From Hemiscyllium ocellatum (lineage: Eukaryota): a DNA stretch of 64,000 bases. A model generated the notes under the pieces. It saw only the letters and a list, made by a program, of their open reading frames with translations. It did not search any database and was not told the origin of the DNA. Of the stretch, positions 48,701 through 57,700 are shown piece by piece. The stretch lies in NCBI RefSeq assembly GCF_020745735.1, contig NC_083422.1:47368001-47432000 (forward strand). The letters run 5' to 3'. The position numbers and the translations under genes are program-made. How positions within the stretch are numbered: the first letter of the stretch is position 1; each line of letters begins with the position of its first letter.

Positions 48701-51700
48701 CCAGAGAGCTGACCACTCCCCTTTCTTTATAGAGGTCATTTCTAAAACATGACCACTTTGGCCTGAAGTCTCATCTGTTTACATATAAACAAAAGGCCTT
48801 GCAAAATTCTATTCATCTCTGTACCAAACCAGACCATTCAAAGCCTGGCCTGGTTTATTACCCCTCTGAAAGAAAATCCAGGACAGAGTATCCTTGAGCC
48901 AAGGAACAGCTTTTAGAAAAAATAAGGGACTAGCTTTGTGACAAGGCCTACAGCCTTTGCAGTATCCAGCACCTCCAACCAGTTCATGTGCAGTAAATCT
49001 GATTGGTTGGAGACCGTGGGCCTGGGGACCTTAGGAGGAAGTTGTGATAGATCATGCAATTGGTACTTCTGGCTAAAGTTGCAACAGCTCAGGCTTGTCG
49101 TTCACAACATTGAGGATGAGGTTATTAATGGACCCTTCTCTTTCAATATAAATTATCCACAAGCATGTTTGACTGGATTTGGCAGGATCGTGGAGTTTTC
49201 ATCTGATCAGTTAGATCTGAAATTTGCCTGGAGTTTGCTGTTTCTGCTGTTTAACGTGCTGTTGACACTATTTTGTAGCTTCATTAGTGATTGTATGAGT
49301 GAGTGGAATCCTCTCTCTGTGGATCACTCTGAATTTTGGGCGGCACGGTAGCACAGTGGTTAGCACTGCTGCCTCACAGCGCCAGAGACCTGGGTTCAAT
49401 TCCCGACTCAGGCAACTGACTGTGTGGAGTTTGCACATTCTACCCGTGTCTGCGTGGGTTTCCTCCAGGTGCTCCGGTTTCCTCCCACAGTCCAAAGATG
49501 TGCAGGTCAGGTGAATTGGCCATGCTAAATTGTCCGTAGTGTTAGGTAATAGGGGCATGGGTGGGTTGCGCTTCGGCGGGTCGGTGTGGACTTGTTGGGC
49601 CGAAGGGCCTGTTTCCACACTGTAAGTAATCTAAAAAAAACAACTATAACTGTCTCCTGCTACAGGATTCGGGATGATTCAGGCTTGTGGACACATGGAC
49701 TTCTACCCAAACGGTGGTGAGAACATGCCAGGCTGCAGCAAGAACATCCTTTCAACAATCCTGGACATTGATGGGATATGGCAGGGTAAGTTCCAGGTGG
49801 TGACATTGTTCCTCAGGCAGACACTGCTGCTGGGAACACCAAGCAGAGCCAGGGTACGAGGGAAAGGGTGTTCAATCTTGAGTAGCCCTCCAGGACACAC
49901 CTTTGTCATAGAGTCATAAAGTCATAGAATCATACAGCACAGAAACAGACCCTTTGATCTAGCACGTCCATGCTGACCAAATATCCTTACTTAATCTAGT
50001 CAGCACTTGGCCAAAATCTCTCTAAACCCTTCCTATCCATATACCCATCCAGTTGCCTCTTAAATGTTGTAATTGTACCAATCTCTACCACTTCCTCTGG
50101 CAGCTCATTCCATACATGCACCACCCTCTGTATGAAAACATTGTCCCTTAGGTCCCTTTTAAACCTTTCCCCTCTCACCTTAGACCAATGCCCTCTAGCT
50201 TTGGACTCCCCCAATCTGAGAAAAAGACCTTGGCTATTTACCATAGCCATGCCCCCTCATGGTTTTATAAACCACTATAAGCCTCTGACACTCAAGGGAA
50301 AAAAGCCCTAGTCTATTCAGCCTCTCCCTATAACTCAAACCCTTCAATCCTGGCAATATCCTTGTAAATTCTTTCTCAACCCTTTCCAGTTTAACAGCAT
50401 CTTTCCCATAGCAGGGAGACCTGAGTTGCATGCAGTGTTCCAAAAATGGCCTAATCACTGGGGTAATGTCTGTAAGATTTCCCTGCAGGAGCTGAGACAG
50501 TCACAGAAACATCAATACATCATGGCACAGGCCATTCGGCCCATTGTATCCATGCTGGAGTACAAAATTGATTGTTTAAGATGCTGGTGATGAGGTAATG
50601 TTGGGTCTCATCCTTTTCTATCTAGATTGATACTGGGCTTAAGTTTGGACACACCTTGTTCAAAATCAGGAGGTTTGTGTTTATGTTCCACTTGTGAACA
50701 GTCCTGATACATGGAGACTGGAGTACTGAGTAAATATCTCATTCGATTCCTGACACCACAACCCATCCCGCCTCCACTCCCCCCTCACACACCCCTTAAC
50801 CCCCCCCCCCCCAATATTTTCACTTGAGTAAACCATCTCCCTCCATGGTGTGTAAGACAAAAACCTCCTGGCCAGGAGACAGACAGTTCTGGTTAATGAT
50901 GGGGAATTCATGGTGCAACCCGTCAGATTGTTCATCCCACCAGTACCTCACACTGCTTTCTAAAAGTGCAGGAAGATACAACCATAACAGCATTCTTTAA
51001 ACCTCTTCATTTGTATAGCAACCGGTGTCATGGAAGTTATTTTGGTTCACTAGTAATCCAGGGAACCAGACTAGTAATCCAGGCAGAAGTTCAAATCTCA
51101 AAGGAGCACCTGGACAAATTTAAGTTAAGATTAATTTGGAATAAAACAATAATCTTAAGAATTCATGATGCTCTTCAGGGAAGGCAATCTGCCATCCTTC
51201 CCCTGTCTGGCCTACATATGACTCCAGACTGACAACAATATGGCTGACTCTTAATTGCCCTCTGAAGTGGTTGAGTGAGACAGTCAGGATAGGCAATAAA
51301 TACAGCAACATCCACACCCTGTGAATGACATTTAAAAACAACGTTAAAAATTGCACAACACTAGGTTATGGTCCAACAGGCTAGCTACCTGGTGAAGTAG
51401 CAGCGCTACAAAAGCTTGTACTATAAGATAAACCTGTTGGACTACAACCTGATGTTGTATGATTTCTAACGTTGTCCACCCCAGTCCAACACCAGCACCT
51501 CCACATCAGTTTAAAATAAGTTTGATCTGCCTCTTAAGCAGGAAATATCACTTCATGTGCAGCCATTTCCCCTGAGATCATAGACCTAGCACCTCGAGCG
51601 ATCGTGACAGAATGTTCCAGAAGATGACAATTTCCTCATTGAGGTTCACTGTCACTCTTGAACTGTGAAAACATTCAACACCCACACATTGAAAAGACAC

Positions 51701-54700
51701 ATCTGTGTCACATCTGTATTCCTAGGTCTCCTTGTTCAAAAGATCCAGAACCAGACCAGCCTCCAGGTGCATCAAAGTTGCACAGAATTCATTATGGATT
51801 ATTAATTATGATTATTAATTAATTTTCAGGTACAAAGAACTTCCTTTCCTGCAACCACTTCCGTGCAGTTCGATATTTTTCGGAGAGTGTTGTGTCACCT
51901 GATGGTTTTTTGGCCTTTCCTTGTGGCAGTGAGAAAGAGTTTCAGGCAGTAAGTATGAGAGAGGGAGTACGGCTCACTCATCTATACCCCTCGCAGCATT
52001 TACCAATCAAACTAAATAGCAGGGAACTATAGAGAACCCTTCAACATCAAACATCAAACAAGCACAATAGGGCTTACTTACAGAGGGAAGATCAATAAGA
52101 TCAGCTGTGAGCAGTTACTCATAGACAACACAGGGAACGCCAAACTAAACAACTCATTACAAATGAGTCCTGATAAAAGAAAAAGCCTCTGGATGATCAG
52201 AAACAGGAAGCTTTACTCAGTATCTACCTCTGGCAGATTGTTATCTGACTGGCAATAGACTGGGGAAACTGGGTGCTCTGCAAATGAACTTGGATAGCTT
52301 TGTGCACAGTAAGCATGCAGGTGCAGTAGGTAGTGAAGAAGGTAAATGGTGCATTGGCCTTCATAGTGAGAGGATTTGAGTACAGGAGCAGGGATGTCTT
52401 GCTGCAATTATACAGGGTCTTAGTGAGACCACACTTGGAGTATTCTGTGCAACTTTGATCTCCTTATCTGAGGAAGGGTGTTCTGGCTATGGAGGAGTGC
52501 AACAAAGGTTTACCAGACTAATTCCTGGAATGGCATGTCTGATGAAGAGCTTATGCTCGAAACGTAGACTCTGCTGCTCCTCGGATGCTGCCTAACCAGC
52601 TGTGCTTTTCCAATGCCATACTTTTCGACTCTGATCTCTAGTCCTCACTTTCTCCATGACAGAACTGAGGTATGAAGGAACACTGCAGAGATCACTTAGG
52701 ACTATATTAGGAGCATGAATGAGTCTCTCATAGAAACCTGTGAAATTCTAACAGAAGTAGACAGTATTAACACAGGAAGGGTGTTCTTGATGATGAGGGA
52801 GGCCAAAACCAGGGGTCACAGTTTAAGGATAGGGGGGTAGGCCACTTAGAATTTAGATGAAAAGGCATTTCTTAACCAAGAGAGCGGTGAGCCTGTGGAA
52901 TTCTCTGCTACAGAAAGCAGTTGAGATCAAAATATTGAATGTTTTGAAGGGCTAAGGGGATCAAAGGGTATGGGGAGAAAGCAGGAACTGTTGAATGATC
53001 TGCATGATCATATTGAATGGGAAAGCAGGTTTGAAGGGCTGAATGACCTGCTGCTATTCCTACATTCTATTTTTCTAGATGCTATATCTGTCCAGGGCAC
53101 ATTTGATTGGGACAGTGTATTTTGTTTCTTTCCATTTAAAAAAGTAGAGTGAGCTTTACTTTGTATCTAACCCCATGCTTTCCCTGTCCTGGGAGTGTTT
53201 GATGGGGATAGTGTGGAGGCAGCTTTACTCTCCATATACAAGAGTAGAGAAAGCTTTACTCTGTTTCTAAACATGTGTTGTCCCTATTCTGGGAGTATTT
53301 GATGGGGACAGATTAGAGAGAGCTTTACTCTGTACCTAAATCAGTGCTGTTCCTGTCCTGGAGTGTTTGATAGCTACAATGTCGAGAGAGCTTTACTCTC
53401 TGTTTCAAAGAGTTAAGGGAGCTTTAATTTTAGTTTCAAAGAGTAGAGAGACCTTTACTTCAGTTTCAAAGAGGAGGAAGAGCTTTCAGTTTTAAAAAGT
53501 TATAGAGAGCATTACTTTCAGTTTTAAAAAGGCGAGGAAGCTTTAACCTGTATGTAATCCTGTGCTACATCTGTTCTGGGAGTGTTTAATGTGGACAGTG
53601 TCAAGGAACTTTAATTTCAGTTTAAGAGAGTAGAGGGAGCTTTCCTCTGTATCTAATCCTGCGCTTTGCTTGCTCTAAGAGTGTTTGGTGGGAACAATGG
53701 TTGCTGCACACTGTTTCCAAGGCAGCTTGAATCATCTGCTGAGGGATCGAATTTGAGGCATTGGGCATTTTGGCAGCACATGTGTCAGTGTGTTGAGCTG
53801 GATCTTTGCTAACAGTTTGCACAGAGTTCACTGAGAATTCGTGAGAAAAGGAGATGACTGAGTGCTCAAATGTAACCCCTCAATTGGAAAAGCAAGAGGA
53901 AAAGAAGTGTAAAGATTCCTTTCTGCATCGACCAGCTATGCCAATTGTTCCACGTTGATCAGTTCAGCTTTGAGGCTGTATTCCCAGCAATGAGCCCAAC
54001 TGAAAGGTTCTTTGCTGCCATTGGGTGGTGCCAGTGAGCTATCTGCTACTTCCCGAGCCCTGGTCTAAAACACTAAAGTGTTTCTCATTTGCCCTCCAGC
54101 TGTGCACCATTCTGCTTTGGGAATGTACTCTCTGGATGGGTGGACTGGGAGAATGGTCTCTTTTGACATCATACAGAGGGATTCACAAAACCAATCCTGG
54201 AAAATGGATTATCTCAATTTAGTTACTTGAGAACTCCACTTTCCCCCACCCATGGGCGTCTAGATCCAGGGCTTTCCTGAGACTCTCTGATGGATTGTCA
54301 GGCAGTTTGATGTTGAACGTTGGGCAGTGTGGAGTCTGACAGAATCCCCTGAATACAGGTGCAAGGTCTGCAGACTGACTGGCCATTATCAGGGCCTTTG
54401 TCACTAGTATTTGGGATCGTTCTCTGCACTGGTTCCTGCACTGTTGGGAGTAAAGCTGATCTCTGATGTAGGTGGTGATGTGAACCTGAAGATTTGCTGT
54501 GTGTGTTCCAGGAGGAATGCTTTGCGTGCCCAACTGAAGGCTGTCCAACTATGGGCTACACGATCGGGCCATATCGCCCAGCACCTGGGCTTCTACACCA
54601 GACCTTCTACCTTCGAACAGGAGAATCCAGCCCCTATGGAGGTAAGCGTCAGGAGCAGTTTGTTAACCCTCTGCAGTGTGTCCTCACTAGCCTCGGAGTT

Positions 54701-57700
54701 TCCCAGCAACAAAAAACCTCCCCACATCCCGATCCTATCCCTCTCCTGTAAAACTAATAGAACAACCTTGGCACTTAACACTCATACTACCCCGTCCCTC
54801 ACTCCCTTAGCCCTCACACTCACCCGACCCTCACTCCCTCAGCCCTCACACTACCTGGCCCTCACTCCCTCAACCCTCATACGACCCTGATCCTCACTCC
54901 CTCAGCCCTTACACTACCTCAACCCTCACTCCTACCCCGACCCTCACTCCCTCAGCCCTGCACTACCCCAACTGTCACTCCTTCAGCCCTCGCACGCAAC
55001 CTTCACACTACTCTGACGGTTAGTCCCTCAGCCCTCACACTACCCAACCTTCACTTGCTCAGCCCTCACATGACCCTCAATCCATCAGCCCTCGTACTTA
55101 CCTGATCCTCACTCCCTCAGTTATCATACTCACTTCATCAGCATTCACACTCACTCTGTCAATCCTTTCTTCTTCAACCCTCTCACATTCTATATTAGAT
55201 TAGATTAGAATTCCTACAGTGTTGGAACAGGCCCTTTGGCCCAACCAGTCCACACCGACCCCTCCGAAGAGTAACCCACCCAGACCCATTTCCCTCTGCA
55301 ACCCATCCCTAACACAATGGGCGATCTAGCATGGCCAATTCACCTGACCTGCACATCTTTGGAGTATAGGTGGAAACCCGAGCACCTGGAGGAAACCCAC
55401 GCAGACACAGGGAGAATGTGCAAACTCCACACAGACAGTCACCCAGGCTAGAATCGAACCTGAGACCCTGGTGCTATGAGGCAGCAATACTAACCACTGA
55501 GTCACTATGCCACTCCCACACTGCCCCCACACTCACTCTGTCAACCATCAGTCAGACTCCCTTAACCTGCAATCTCTCCAATTTCACACTCACTGCCTGA
55601 AACCTCACCTCACTCCCTCAAACTCCACCCTTGTTTCATCAAACTCACTTCGCTCCTTCAACCTTCACTCCATCCAATCACATGCTCCCTAAACATCATG
55701 CTCCCACCAATCTCTTCCTTACTCACTTGACACTCATTTAAACCTCTCAGTAGATCTGGTAGATCTCATTCAGACCCAGGCCTCAATATCTAAATCCTAC
55801 CACAACTATCCAACATTACAGTCACACTGGGTTGTATAATTGTGTCTAACTCTTTAACCCCTTTCTGTGTTCTCCTCACTCCCTCAGTTTGGCGTTACAA
55901 TGTGTCTGTGACACTGTCTGGTTCCCACTCTGTTTCTGGGATTCTGAATGTTGCTTTGTATGGATCCAAAGGGAACACTCGACAGCATCAAATCACCAAG
56001 TAAGTGCCACTATTTCCAACATATCTATTGGATTGTCATTGACCTGGATTTTAAGAGGGAGGGTTTCACACTCAATCGGTGGCTGACAGACCCTGTTCTG
56101 TGGTCTTGGGGGAAATGATCTCCCCCAACCCTAGATAATCTGATTGGCAGCTCCAGCAAGACCAGTAGCACCAGAACTAGATGGTGGGCACTACCAAAGT
56201 GGTACGCTACCCAGAGAGTGGTCAGTCACAAGCTAAATGGTTGGGCAGATAAGGGATGACAGGGATTATGGGGAAACTAGTTTTGAAGAGCAGGTTGGAA
56301 AGATTGAAGGGCGGCATCTTGGCCTCATAGTGTTTTTACATCATAGAAAGGACCCTTTGGCCCATCATGTCCACACCAATCAAAAAACATGCATCTATTC
56401 TCATCCCATTTTCCAGCACTTGGCCCAAAATCCTTATATGTATGATGTTTCATCTGCTCATCTAAATCCTCCTTAAATATTTGCAGGTTCCTGCCTGTTT
56501 GTAGTCTGTGAGTTCCATGATATATTTGCACAAATCCACTTGAAACCACCTGCTGCTTTCCTTAAAACCATATCCCCAGTTAATGGTCCCTCTACTGAAG
56601 GCCTATCTACCTACACTCCTCTGAAACTTGTTCAGCTCAATCGGATTCCCCTCTACCTACTCAGCTCTAAGGAAAACAACCCCAGCCTATCGAGTCTCTC
56701 TGCGTAACTGAATTATTCCAGCCCAGGCAACTTCCTGGTGAATCTCCTCTGCACCTTCTCTCGTGCAATCCTTTAATATGGTGACCAGAATTGCACACAG
56801 TACTCCAGCTGTGGTCTCACTAATGTTATACAAAGCTCTGTCATAAAATCCTTGCTTTTGTATTCAATGTCTGAACTAATGAAGACAAATATCACACAGG
56901 CTGCCTTAACCGCTTTATCTGCCGATCCTGCAGTCCATGGACATGCACACCAAGGTTCCACTGATCCCCTGTACTTTATGGATCCCACCATTCAACATGT
57001 ACTCTCCCACCTTGTTTGTGCTCCCAAAGAGAACCTCCTCGCACTTTTCAGGATTAACCTCCATTCATTCCTGTTCAGCCGTTTGACAAGTCCCATCGAT
57101 GTTATCCTGTAGTCTGAGATTAGATTCCCTACAGTATGGAAACAGCCCATCCGGCCCAACATGTCCACAGTGACTCTCCAAAGAACAACCCACCCAGACC
57201 CACTCCCCCATCCTGTATTTACCCCTGACTAATGCACCTAACTATGGGCAATTGAGCATGTTCAATTCACCTGGCCCGCAAATCTTTGGACTGTAGGAAG
57301 AAATGGGAATCGAATCCAGGTCCCTGGCACTGTGAGGCAGAAATGCTAACCACTGAGCCACTGAGCCACCCTGAGGTATTCCTCCTCACTATTTACCACA
57401 CCATCAATTTTTGTGTCAGCTGCAAACTCATTGATCATACCCCCTTGGGGGACATGTCCTCAGTAAGTTCAAGTTCCCTCTTGAAGGGTTATGACATCCC
57501 CCTTCCTGCCTTTTATCAAGTTAGGATTTTAAAAAAAAACAATCTTCCCATTCCTGCCTGGCTAGACCACTCTTATCATGGCAAAGGCAGCATAACAAGA
57601 TGGCTCAGTGATTAGTACTGCTGCCTCATGACGTCAGGGGCCTGGGTTCGATCCCAGCATCGGGCAACTGTCTGTATGGAGTTTGCACATTCTCCCCGTG

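Noticed and set aside
49338-49410. tRNA gene
   Set aside because: tRNA-like head continues into V-domain and tail, so it is a SINE
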